Below are positions 1-8,930 of a DNA stretch of 55,543 nucleotides, in pieces. The stretch lies in IMG/VR virus record IMGVR_UViG_3300034044_000049, positions 1 through 55,543 of that record; one strand, 5' to 3'. The notes beneath the pieces were generated by a model, which was given only the letters and a program-made list of their open reading frames with translations, was not told the origin of the DNA and did not search any database. Position 1 is the first letter of the stretch. Every line of letters starts with the position of its first letter. The DNA comes from a virus. Lineage: Duplodnaviria; Caudoviricetes. The position numbers and the translations under genes are program-made.

Positions 1-467
1 GTACCACTGTTATTTCAAATGATAATACTTCCTCAGGAACAGCAAATTCAACTTTTGATCCTTTATTCCAATACATTATTAACAGTGGAACTATTCCTGT
101 AAATACTGTTTTAACTATTGAGGATATTTTTACAATTAACGGAACCTCCGATTTATCTAAATTAGATTTAAAATTAAATTTAAATACAGTATTACCTGCT
201 CCAATAGAATTTTCTACTAATACACAGCTCATTAAAAGTAAAGTAATATTGACAATTGACTCCGTTACGAGTTGTAGCCTTTTAATAGAATTAAAAGGAT
301 ATAATTCTTTAAATGTTGAGAATAGTTCTTATTTCGTATATGTTCCTTTCTCTTCGATTTTAGATATAACTTCGAATAATCTTCAAATAGATTGGTATGG
401 AGCTGTTAATTTTGGTGAGTTGTTTCATAAGAAAAATATTATTTTAAAACACTTATACTCTGTATAA
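1..467 (+). CDS. Partial (5'-truncated) putative virion/tail protein
   Basis: Frame 3 is open from base 3 to the TAA at 465-467, so the 72-aa track ORF is only its 3' end. Thr/Asn/Ile-rich beta-type sequence; the next ORF starts at 470. Confidence 0.6.
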   Translation, partial: TTVISNDNTSSGTANSTFDPLFQYIINSGTIPVNTVLTIEDIFTINGTSDLSKLDLKLNLNTVLPAPIEFSTNTQLIKSKVILTIDSVTSCSLLIELKGYNSLNVENSSYFVYVPFSSILDITSNNLQIDWYGAVNFGELFHKKNIILKHLYSV

Positions 468-469
468 TT

Positions 470-1465
470 ATGGCAAAGATTCCTAACATATATAAAGCGT
501 TAATAAACAATGCTACTATTACAATAGAACTTCCTTTTATTAGTGATGTTGAATTGTATTATATTACAACAGATAATCCACTAAATCAACTTACTACGGA
601 TTTAACTATAAATCCAGACCCCTCTGTTCCATTAGTTGAAGGATTAACTTATAATTTACTTTTTGTTCCTTTTATTTTAGATTACAATGGATTTGATGTT
701 TATATCTTTGGAAATAAAGTACCTGATACTGCTGATGCTGAAGAGTTAAGAGTTACTGCTACTTATATGGATGGAAGATGGCATGTAGAATTTAGATATT
801 TTTGTTGTGGTCAACCTATCGATGGAGGTAATATTACTCCAGGAACTCTTGATTTAGGACAAGCTGGTCAAGATAATTCTGCAACATTACGTGTATTAGA
901 ACAACTTCCTTCTCGAGGGTTGATAACAGGAGATGGGGTTACCAATAGAATTGTTTCTCCTTCCAAAGAAAATGAATTACTGGTAAGTACTTCAGAAGAA
1001 TTGGTATTTGCTCCAGTATCTGGAGATATAGAAATGTTATCTCCAGGAAGTTTTACTTTGAAATCAGGAAGTATTACTCAAGATAAATTAGCTTTTAATC
1101 TCGACAGTATTCAAGTTGTAACTAAAAGATTGACCTTATCAGAGTTATTAGAAATTGGAACAACTCCTATTGAGATTCTACCTGCCTTAACTGGTATTAC
1201 TTACAAGATATTAGCTGTAACCGCTGATATAAATCCAGAAGGGGTATCCTTTGATAACCAAAGGTTATATGTAGGTCCTACAGGACATTCAACTCAATAT
1301 ACAATTGAAGGAACCGCTGTATCATCTACCTCTCCTGTAATTGCTGATGGATTCTTTCTTAGTGGTATTTATGGTAAAGATACAGCAGTAAAAATAAGTT
1401 CTGATGCTAATTTTACTACAGGTTCTGGATATATTGATATAATTGTACATTACGTAACTATATGA
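470..1465 (+). CDS. Putative tail/tail-fibre-associated structural protein (331 aa)
   Basis: Long ORF in the tail region; fibre-like GNITPGTL / GSITQDKLA motifs; stop overlaps the next start. Confidence 0.5.
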   Translation: MAKIPNIYKALINNATITIELPFISDVELYYITTDNPLNQLTTDLTINPDPSVPLVEGLTYNLLFVPFILDYNGFDVYIFGNKVPDTADAEELRVTATYMDGRWHVEFRYFCCGQPIDGGNITPGTLDLGQAGQDNSATLRVLEQLPSRGLITGDGVTNRIVSPSKENELLVSTSEELVFAPVSGDIEMLSPGSFTLKSGSITQDKLAFNLDSIQVVTKRLTLSELLEIGTTPIEILPALTGITYKILAVTADINPEGVSFDNQRLYVGPTGHSTQYTIEGTAVSSTSPVIADGFFLSGIYGKDTAVKISSDANFTTGSGYIDIIVHYVTI

Positions 1466-1674
1466 ATGAATTATTAAAAATAAATTGTGCCAATTTCAAT
1501 AAGATAGAAAAAGAGATTAATTCTCTTTCTATTGGAAAGTCTTATTGTAAGGATAATTTAATAGTTAGAACTATCTTAATTAATATTATTACGAGAGATA
1601 ATAGTTGTGGTACTTGCTTATCAGAAGAAGAACTATGTAAGCTTATAAATAAAACTATAAATTTGATTTTATGA
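1462..1674 (+). CDS. Small Cys-rich hypothetical protein (70 aa)
   Basis: ATGA-type overlaps with both neighbours; five Cys. Confidence 0.6.
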   Translation: MNELLKINCANFNKIEKEINSLSIGKSYCKDNLIVRTILINIITRDNSCGTCLSEEELCKLINKTINLIL

Positions 1675-3653
1675 AAAGAATTATAACAGGGTTAAAATTA
1701 TCTGACGAAATAGACGTTATTTATAACAAAGCAGAATCACGAATGTATCTACGTGATTTTCTTTCTTTTGTATCCGATAATTTAGACCTTTCATCCATCC
1801 CTACAAAATTATCAGACTTAATACAAGGTACTCAACAAGGGGAAACATTACGTTGGAATGATGCATTAGAAGAGTGGGAAGTTTCTGATAAGTTAATTAT
1901 TGCTGATAATGGCAATATAGGTATAGGGGGTGTATTAAACCCAAATTATCAAGTTCATATTGATAATGGTGATGTATTTCTTGCAACAGGAAGTATAGGT
2001 ATAAATGAAGCACCTACGGACGTTCATTTTTTAAGAATATCTACAAATGACGCATTACCTCAAACTGTAAATGCAAGAATAGACTTATCCTACCAAAATA
2101 AAACAGGAACATTTCAAGGGTTACATATAATGAGTAATACATCTAAAACAGGTTCAAACTCATTAGCTTATGGTGTAAACGTAACCTTACAAGGTGCTGC
2201 AACAAGTGGCACACACGAATATATTGCTGCAAGATTCAAAGCTGTTGGTGCTACAAAAAACTATGCTATTAAAGTTCATGAAGGAGAAGGGTTGAGTTTA
2301 TTTGGAACAGCTACAGAGTTATATAGTAACGCAGTTGTTCAAATAAAAGGTGGAGTTTATAATGGAAAATATTACAAACCACTTGTTATTCAAGGTAGTG
2401 CTTCTCAATTTAATTGGACGTGGAACTATGAAGGTAGAGTAGCTGTAGGTAGAGATACCAATATGTTTGAAGCAATAAATCTTCAAGACCAAAAAATAAG
2501 AGTAGATAATTCAAGTTATAACTTTACTGAATATACAGCAAATGGTATCCAAGTAAAAACAACTTACCCACAATTATCTAAAAACACACAAGTTGGTAAG
2601 ACTGTTTATGGCATGGGTCGTGGCTCATCTTCTATAATGACAGAGTTTGTTGAAGGAAATGCTGTATATTTTAACCACTACAATACAAATAGATTCTCTG
2701 CTATAATGGGTAGAGATTATATGGCTATCTATACAAATGGAACTTGGAATGTGTCACTTGATAGACCAAATCAAGATACGGCTATAAGAACAGCAATATT
2801 TAGAGAGGGTAAAGTAGGTATTGGTAGTACATTTAATCCTTTATCAACTTTACATATTAGAGAAACAAGAGGTATTGAAGCGTTTAGAATAGATACAACT
2901 TTAACCAATAACTTTATTAAGCATTTTACAAATGGTGTAAATGATTACTTGCTTATAGGGGGCATAAATTCTTGGACTGGCGATAGAGTTTATATTTATA
3001 ATTCAAGTTCAAATTCTTATTTAGGTATTCAAGGTGTTGGAGAAAGTGGAATTAGACTACGTTCATTTGATGGAACAGTTACCTCTTGGTTTACACAAGT
3101 TGGAAATTCAATATTAATGACAAGAAGTGCTGCAAATTATGAGATACGTTATTCTGGTGATAACCATACAATATTAAAGATAAATACTCAATCAGGGAAA
3201 TTTTTCTTTAATGGCGGAAATAATTATACGTCAGTACCTGCTAATGAAAAGGATTTTGATATTTCAGCAAATGGACTGTTCAGAAGAAAATTCTTATCAA
3301 GCAATTACCAAAACGTTGGTGATAAGGGTGATTCTTACGGTTTATCATTTCAATCAGCTGAATTTATAACTGTAGGAGCTTCAAATATTCTACGTAAGAG
3401 TGAATTTACGTTCCAAAACAGAATAGAGAACAACGATATTAACACTACTGGGTTCTATTTATCTAATGAATACTATGATAATACTGTTCAAACGTCTTTG
3501 GCAGACTTATTAAGAGTAAGCCACGATGGTGATTTAGAGATACTTCAATCGGGTGCAAACGGTAAAGGTCTTATTCTTACAGATAAAACATTAGGAACAA
3601 GACATAGAATAGAATTAGATAATCTTACTGTAACCGTAAGTGCTGCGTTATAA
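1671..3653 (+). CDS. Tail fibre / receptor-binding protein (660 aa)
   Basis: Repeated GNIGIG, GSIGIN, GRVAVG, GKVGIG beta-spike motifs, some followed by P-x3-[LV]HI, typical of Bacteroidota phage fibres; Gly/Asn/Thr/Ser rich. Confidence 0.7.
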   Translation: MKRIITGLKLSDEIDVIYNKAESRMYLRDFLSFVSDNLDLSSIPTKLSDLIQGTQQGETLRWNDALEEWEVSDKLIIADNGNIGIGGVLNPNYQVHIDNGDVFLATGSIGINEAPTDVHFLRISTNDALPQTVNARIDLSYQNKTGTFQGLHIMSNTSKTGSNSLAYGVNVTLQGAATSGTHEYIAARFKAVGATKNYAIKVHEGEGLSLFGTATELYSNAVVQIKGGVYNGKYYKPLVIQGSASQFNWTWNYEGRVAVGRDTNMFEAINLQDQKIRVDNSSYNFTEYTANGIQVKTTYPQLSKNTQVGKTVYGMGRGSSSIMTEFVEGNAVYFNHYNTNRFSAIMGRDYMAIYTNGTWNVSLDRPNQDTAIRTAIFREGKVGIGSTFNPLSTLHIRETRGIEAFRIDTTLTNNFIKHFTNGVNDYLLIGGINSWTGDRVYIYNSSSNSYLGIQGVGESGIRLRSFDGTVTSWFTQVGNSILMTRSAANYEIRYSGDNHTILKINTQSGKFFFNGGNNYTSVPANEKDFDISANGLFRRKFLSSNYQNVGDKGDSYGLSFQSAEFITVGASNILRKSEFTFQNRIENNDINTTGFYLSNEYYDNTVQTSLADLLRVSHDGDLEILQSGANGKGLILTDKTLGTRHRIELDNLTVTVSAAL

Positions 3654-3688
3654 ATAAATTAGTAAATTAGCAAAAAAAAAATTAAATT

Positions 3689-4120
3689 ATGGCAATACAA
3701 GTAATTAAAACAGTAAACAAAATAGCAACAAATGTTGCTTATCCAACCCAAACTAATTACGTTGGATTTATACCCTATAAAATTCAGTATTCAGATAGTA
3801 AATACAAAACTCAAATTAATGCTTATAAGTTAAAAGAGGTATTTGATACTGACGGGGTTACATTATTGGGGTATGTAACTTCAGACATTATACCTATGAC
3901 TATGGAAGATGCTACAAAGATACTTACTACTGAAGAAGTTCAAAATGTTTATGATACTCTTGTAGCAGCAGGTAAAATAGTAACAACAGATAGCTTTACA
4001 AAACAAGAAATGGATTTGTTGTTACATGGGGGAGTATTAACAATATCACAATATAATTTGTTTGGTATTACTTCTGATACTGAATTAGAAATTATATCTT
4101 TGTATGAAGAAACCATATAA
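3689..4120 (+). CDS. Hypothetical protein, possible fibre chaperone/assembly factor (143 aa)
   Basis: Directly follows the fibre gene; A-rich leader. Function from position only. Confidence 0.5.
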   Translation: MAIQVIKTVNKIATNVAYPTQTNYVGFIPYKIQYSDSKYKTQINAYKLKEVFDTDGVTLLGYVTSDIIPMTMEDATKILTTEEVQNVYDTLVAAGKIVTTDSFTKQEMDLLLHGGVLTISQYNLFGITSDTELEIISLYEETI

Positions 4121-4131
4121 AATTTAAAATT

Positions 4132-4503
4132 ATGAAAATTGATTTAACAAAAGAAGTTTTGGATTTAGAAAACAAACCGTTAATGGCAACAAAAGAAGTT
4201 GCTTTGTATGATAGTGAAAAACAAAAACCAATTGTTGATGAAAGTGGTAAACCTGTTATTGTAACTATTGATACAGGTAATAAAATGACTTTCAAAGACG
4301 TATTTGAGCAAGTGTTGGTTATTGCTGACAAAGATGACAGTAATGAAGTAAAACTTCACAAATGGAAGTTGTTAAATAAAATTAGCAAAGGTGGTAAAGT
4401 AGAGATTGATATTGATGAGGCAAAATTGCTTAAAGATACTGTAAACAAAATGTATAACTCTATAATTATTATAGGTAGAGTTGATGACTTATTAAATGGG
4501 TAG
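4132..4503 (+). CDS. Hypothetical protein (123 aa), possible fibre-associated chaperone
   Basis: Clean ORF with A/T-rich leader; resembles small acidic/basic proteins found after phage fibre genes. Confidence 0.55.
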   Translation: MKIDLTKEVLDLENKPLMATKEVALYDSEKQKPIVDESGKPVIVTIDTGNKMTFKDVFEQVLVIADKDDSNEVKLHKWKLLNKISKGGKVEIDIDEAKLLKDTVNKMYNSIIIIGRVDDLLNG

Positions 4504-4508
4504 AAAGT

Positions 4509-5435
4509 ATGGCTATTCCACAAAAACCATTAAAAGAATATTACATAAATAGCGTGAATGACCTTCCTGCAACTTTGGAAGATTATGCTGTTTATAAACT
4601 ATCTACTGTTATAGATTTAGGTAGTGGTTCAATATCATTACCTTTACATTCTCAATTAGTTGGTATTACTGCTAATTCAGGTATAACTTCAACACTTACA
4701 AATCCTATATCAGGAACAGATTGGAAGTTGCGTGTTACTAATGTTCTTATTAATGGAAACATACAAGGAAACAGTGTGTTTCCAAGTTTAAATTCACCTG
4801 AATTACCCTCTCTAACAACTCAAGTAAATGGAACCACAGTATGGCTTGAAGATTTACAAATCTGGGCTACGTATAAGAATGGAAAGTGGTTTGACTTAAC
4901 AACTGGAAATGAAGTTGAAATTGTTGTATTTAAAGAAGATTGGGAAAGTGGAAACTTTACAACGAATGGTTGGCAAGTTGTAAATGACACAACTAATCAA
5001 TGGATAGTAGGTCAAGCAGACCCTTTTTCTGGATTATATTCAGCTTATATATCAAACGATGGAGTTAATCCTACTTACACTAACAACGTTCCAAATATTT
5101 CTCATATCTATAAAGATATTTATGTAGAACCTCTGAACAGCGGTCTAACCTTAGAATTCATGTTCAAAGGTGTTTTAGAGTTAAATTATGATTATGTGAG
5201 CGTATATTTAGCACCTACTAGTGTAACGCCAATTGCTGGTAATCTGCTCAGTAATTCTTACAGAGTAGGTGATAGTCAATATAATAACAGTACAATATAT
5301 CAAAAGAAAACAATAACAGGACTTACTGGATATGGTGGTTGGTATAGACTAATAATATCATTTATAAATGATGGAAGTGTTGGTGGTGATAGTCCACGTA
5401 TTGATGACTTTTTAATAACGTATAAATTACCATAA
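4509..5435 (+). CDS. Putative virion protein with C-terminal beta-sandwich adhesin/carbohydrate-binding-like domain (308 aa)
   Basis: C-terminal half starts FKEDWESGNFTTNGWQ and ends PRIDDFLIT, the pattern of MAM/cleaved-adhesin jelly-roll modules of Bacteroidota surface proteins. Confidence 0.55.
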   Translation: MAIPQKPLKEYYINSVNDLPATLEDYAVYKLSTVIDLGSGSISLPLHSQLVGITANSGITSTLTNPISGTDWKLRVTNVLINGNIQGNSVFPSLNSPELPSLTTQVNGTTVWLEDLQIWATYKNGKWFDLTTGNEVEIVVFKEDWESGNFTTNGWQVVNDTTNQWIVGQADPFSGLYSAYISNDGVNPTYTNNVPNISHIYKDIYVEPLNSGLTLEFMFKGVLELNYDYVSVYLAPTSVTPIAGNLLSNSYRVGDSQYNNSTIYQKKTITGLTGYGGWYRLIISFINDGSVGGDSPRIDDFLITYKLP

Positions 5436-5436
5436 T

Positions 5437-6138
5437 ATGAAATTAGTTCAAGAAATAGCAACAAGTGAATTTCTATATATTGATGACGCTACTTATAGTG
5501 CAAACCCAAGTGCATATATAGATTGGTCAGACAGACCTGCCTATTGGCAAGAATTTGGCGTGCAAGTAGCTGACTATTGGACAGCACAGGACACAATAAA
5601 AACTATTTACACAACAACAGGTTGGGCAAACTTAAAAGACCCTGATAAGGATGTGTTAATAGATTTTGGGGTAGGTGACACTTCAACTGAAATAATTCCA
5701 TATCTAATAGGTAAAGGATATACCCAGCAAGAAGCAAGTGGAATATATCTTAATTCAGTAGCAAAATCAATTGAAAGTAAACAACCTATTGCAAGAAGTA
5801 GAGCGGATAACCATAGAATAATTACAATAGTTTATTCATTTTTAGATAGTGTTGAAGCAGATGGATTATTAAACGCTATTGCAAACTTTCTTTCTCTATA
5901 CAAAGAAAAAGTTTATTTGGGAACAGAGTTTGGCGATGTATCAGATGGTCTAATGGATTTTATTAATAATACAGGAAGCTATGCAAGTTCATCAACAACA
6001 GGTCTTAATAAATATTCAATTATGCCTGATGTTATTACAGCTTATGGTGACGAAGTAACAGCAAGAGAGGCATTTAGACAACAATTAAATGATTGGTTAT
6101 TAAGACAAATATATAACGGTCAATACATAAAACTTTAA
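5437..6138 (+). CDS. Hypothetical protein (233 aa)
   Basis: Starts 1 nt after the previous stop; no motif recognised. Confidence 0.6.
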   Translation: MKLVQEIATSEFLYIDDATYSANPSAYIDWSDRPAYWQEFGVQVADYWTAQDTIKTIYTTTGWANLKDPDKDVLIDFGVGDTSTEIIPYLIGKGYTQQEASGIYLNSVAKSIESKQPIARSRADNHRIITIVYSFLDSVEADGLLNAIANFLSLYKEKVYLGTEFGDVSDGLMDFINNTGSYASSSTTGLNKYSIMPDVITAYGDEVTAREAFRQQLNDWLLRQIYNGQYIKL

Positions 6139-6141
6139 ACT

Positions 6142-6423
6142 ATGGCATACGTTTACAAAGATAAAATGGATATTGTTGATTTACTCTATAAAGGTAAATT
6201 GATTGGTATGGAAATACAACTTGAAGATGATTCATGGCATGTAGTTGAAGATGCTTATTGTGATTATGCTACTTTTGAAATAAATGTTAAGTTTACAGAT
6301 ATTACAGAAGCATTATCATTCCCTTTCAGACAAAAGCACTATATAAGATTTGATGATTCATCAATTAATTATGATAACAGTAAACTAAAAAAGAAAAAAT
6401 TTGGTAGAAAGAAAAGAAAATAA
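6142..6423 (+). CDS. Hypothetical protein with Lys/Arg-rich C-terminus (93 aa)
   Basis: Packed between neighbours; ends KLKKKKFGRKKRK. Confidence 0.6.
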   Translation: MAYVYKDKMDIVDLLYKGKLIGMEIQLEDDSWHVVEDAYCDYATFEINVKFTDITEALSFPFRQKHYIRFDDSSINYDNSKLKKKKFGRKKRK

Positions 6424-6947
6424 TGAAATTAAATAATATCATATCATTTTTAAACTTTATAGGTATTGTTTGTATAGTATATTTTTTATACAATCAAAAA
6501 CCAATAATAAATAATATTGATAATTCAAAAATAATTTATAAAGGTGATACGACACTTAACTACAATACTTATAAAAAGTATCTTATTAACAACTATGATA
6601 CTAACATCATTGTTAATAATACTACTGTTAATGAATATGGTGATACTATCATTTCTCCTATAGGAATAAAAGCACATAAATATGTATCTACTGTAAAAGA
6701 TGGAACTATTGTAGGAAATATAACTACACTTACAGATGGAAACATATTTGATGTAGATCTAGATTATAAGTTAGTTAATCAACCAAAATCAAATCCATTT
6801 ACATTAAGTATTGGTTTAGATTTTAGTTCAACAATGTTACAACCTAATATTTTATTTGGAAAACAATTTAAAGTAGGAGCTGGATATGACTTAATAAATA
6901 AAAATATTGTTTTAAAAACAAACTATATAGTAAAACTAAAAAAATGA
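6423..6947 (+). CDS. Membrane-anchored protein, spanin-like candidate (174 aa)
   Basis: N-terminal TM helix, C-terminal amphipathic beta-strands, immediately upstream of the holin. Confidence 0.45.
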   Translation: MKLNNIISFLNFIGIVCIVYFLYNQKPIINNIDNSKIIYKGDTTLNYNTYKKYLINNYDTNIIVNNTTVNEYGDTIISPIGIKAHKYVSTVKDGTIVGNITTLTDGNIFDVDLDYKLVNQPKSNPFTLSIGLDFSSTMLQPNILFGKQFKVGAGYDLINKNIVLKTNYIVKLKK

Positions 6948-7408
6948 AGACTCGTATAACACAAGATATAATGGATATTGTTAGCTCTGTATTAGAATTA
7001 AAATTAAAACATCCTTTATTAATATGGATAACAGGATTAAGTCTTGGTACCATAGAAGGATTCATTGAAAATTGGGTATTTGAAGATGCAGTTTATTATT
7101 ATTATTTAGTAGGAATGATTATTGCTGATGGTATATTAGGGATATATAGAGCATATAAAAATAACAATATAGAAACAAGTAAATTATATCTTGTAGGATG
7201 GAGTATTGTAGCACAAACAGCATTATTGTCAACAGGTTTTGTTTTATCTTCAAGACCATCTTTAAATTGGCTAGATGATGCTATTTTTGTACCATTAGTA
7301 TTAACTAATTTATTATCAATAGTAAAACATTTATCTTTATTGCATTTATTACCAAAACAATTTGCAGACATACTATATAAAAAAGTAGATATACATAAAA
7401 ATGATTAA
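6944..7408 (+). CDS. Phage holin (154 aa)
   Basis: Three to four hydrophobic segments; 'IIADGILGIYRAYK' and 'NLLSIVKHL...LLPK' match the Dx2xG...SIxEN-type holin pattern. Confidence 0.7.
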   Translation: MKTRITQDIMDIVSSVLELKLKHPLLIWITGLSLGTIEGFIENWVFEDAVYYYYLVGMIIADGILGIYRAYKNNNIETSKLYLVGWSIVAQTALLSTGFVLSSRPSLNWLDDAIFVPLVLTNLLSIVKHLSLLHLLPKQFADILYKKVDIHKND

Positions 7409-7607
7409 TATCTTATTAGGCATATTAATAACATTAATAATTTTAGTTCTTATATTTTTATCATATTTTGTTTATAAAATTCACCAAATGATAAAAGAAA
7501 TAAGAAATATGACTGAAGTAATTTTTGATGCAAGTGTTAATGTAGAGGAGTGGACAAAGATACAAGATGAAGAAAATCAAAATATAATCAAAATAAATTT
7601 AAATTAA
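7401..7607 (+). CDS. Small single-pass membrane protein (68 aa)
   Basis: About 25-residue hydrophobic N-terminus; overlaps the holin stop. Confidence 0.6.
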   Translation: MINILLGILITLIILVLIFLSYFVYKIHQMIKEIRNMTEVIFDASVNVEEWTKIQDEENQNIIKINLN

Positions 7608-8503
7608 TGAAGGAGAAAGTAGCAATAGTCTTAGGAGGGGGTTCAATAAAAGGAGCTTATCAGTTTGGACAATTGAAAGCATTAATTGAATCTGGAATAG
7701 AACCTGATATAATAACAGGCATAAGTGTTGGTGCTATAAATGCAGCAGCTTATGGTAATTTTTTATACTTTAATGGGGGAGACTATTGTTCAGCATTAAC
7801 AGATCTTGAGAGAATGTGGTTATCTATAAAAAGACCATCTGACATTATTAAAAAGAAAAACCCTATTGTTTTAGGATATGAAATACTATTTAAAAGATTT
7901 AAAAGCTTTTTATCTACTGAACCTTTAGAACAATTAATAAAAAACAATTTATCACCAACAGCAATTAAGTTATCAGGATTAGAAATAAGTGTAGGTTCTG
8001 TAGATATAGATAAAGGAAGAATAATTTATAAAAAACAAAAATCCTCAAACTTTTTAGATTATGTAATTGCATCTACAAGAATACCTTTCATAATGCCTTT
8101 ATCAAACATTAATGGTACTTATTTCTATGATGGTGGTTTGATAGATAATGCTGGAATAGGAGAAGCAATAAAGCTTGGAGCAACAAAGATATATGTATTA
8201 GCAACACATCCTCCTAAGATAACAAAGTCTGTAAAAAATAAAAAGAACTTATTTGAGCTTATTCCACAAGTTATGGAAATAGTTGTTGCAAACACACTTG
8301 ATAATGATATTAAACTTACAAAACTCTATAATTGTTTTAATAAAACACAATTAAAAGCTCTCAAAAAGAAAAAGATAGAATTAAATGTATTTAGACCTTC
8401 TAAGAACATAGATGTTAATATAGAAGATTTTGATTCATCTGATATAAGAAAAATGATTCTTCAGGGGTATAAAGATGTTGAAAATGGAATTAAAGGTAAT
8501 TAG
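7607..8503 (+). CDS. Patatin-like phospholipase (298 aa)
   Basis: Oxyanion loop GGGSIKG, nucleophile elbow GISVG and catalytic DGG all present. Confidence 0.92.
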   Translation: MKEKVAIVLGGGSIKGAYQFGQLKALIESGIEPDIITGISVGAINAAAYGNFLYFNGGDYCSALTDLERMWLSIKRPSDIIKKKNPIVLGYEILFKRFKSFLSTEPLEQLIKNNLSPTAIKLSGLEISVGSVDIDKGRIIYKKQKSSNFLDYVIASTRIPFIMPLSNINGTYFYDGGLIDNAGIGEAIKLGATKIYVLATHPPKITKSVKNKKNLFELIPQVMEIVVANTLDNDIKLTKLYNCFNKTQLKALKKKKIELNVFRPSKNIDVNIEDFDSSDIRKMILQGYKDVENGIKGN

Positions 8504-8930
8504 ACATACATATAACACAGGAAAACATAGAAATATTATTGGTGATTTATACATTGATGGTGAATTCTTTTGTCATACATTAGAGGATGAAATTAGAGGA
8601 GATGGAGTAAAAGTATATGGAGAGACAGCAATACCTGCTGGAGAATATAATGTAAAAATAACTTATTCTCCACATTTTAAAAGAAAGTTACCATTAATCT
8701 ACAATAATAAGGATTTATGTGTTCATGGAAAGAATGGTATTAAATGGTGTGGAGTAAGAATGCATGGTGGGAACACAGAAAAAGATACATTAGGGTGTAT
8801 TTTAGTAGCATTTAAAACAGATGGGAAGAGAATATGGCAAACAGCAGAAAAAGCATTAGTACAGAAATTATTACAAGCAAAAGATGATATAAAGTTAATA
8901 ATAGAAAATAAACCATTCACTTATGAGTAA
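8475..8930 (+). CDS. DUF5675-type protein, putative endolysin/peptidoglycan peptidase (~148-151 aa)
   Basis: CHTLED, GETAIPAGEY and RMHGGNTEKDTLGCILV (His...Cys dyad) signature; located in the lysis region. Confidence 0.8.
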   Translation: MLKMELKVIRHTYNTGKHRNIIGDLYIDGEFFCHTLEDEIRGDGVKVYGETAIPAGEYNVKITYSPHFKRKLPLIYNNKDLCVHGKNGIKWCGVRMHGGNTEKDTLGCILVAFKTDGKRIWQTAEKALVQKLLQAKDDIKLIIENKPFTYE

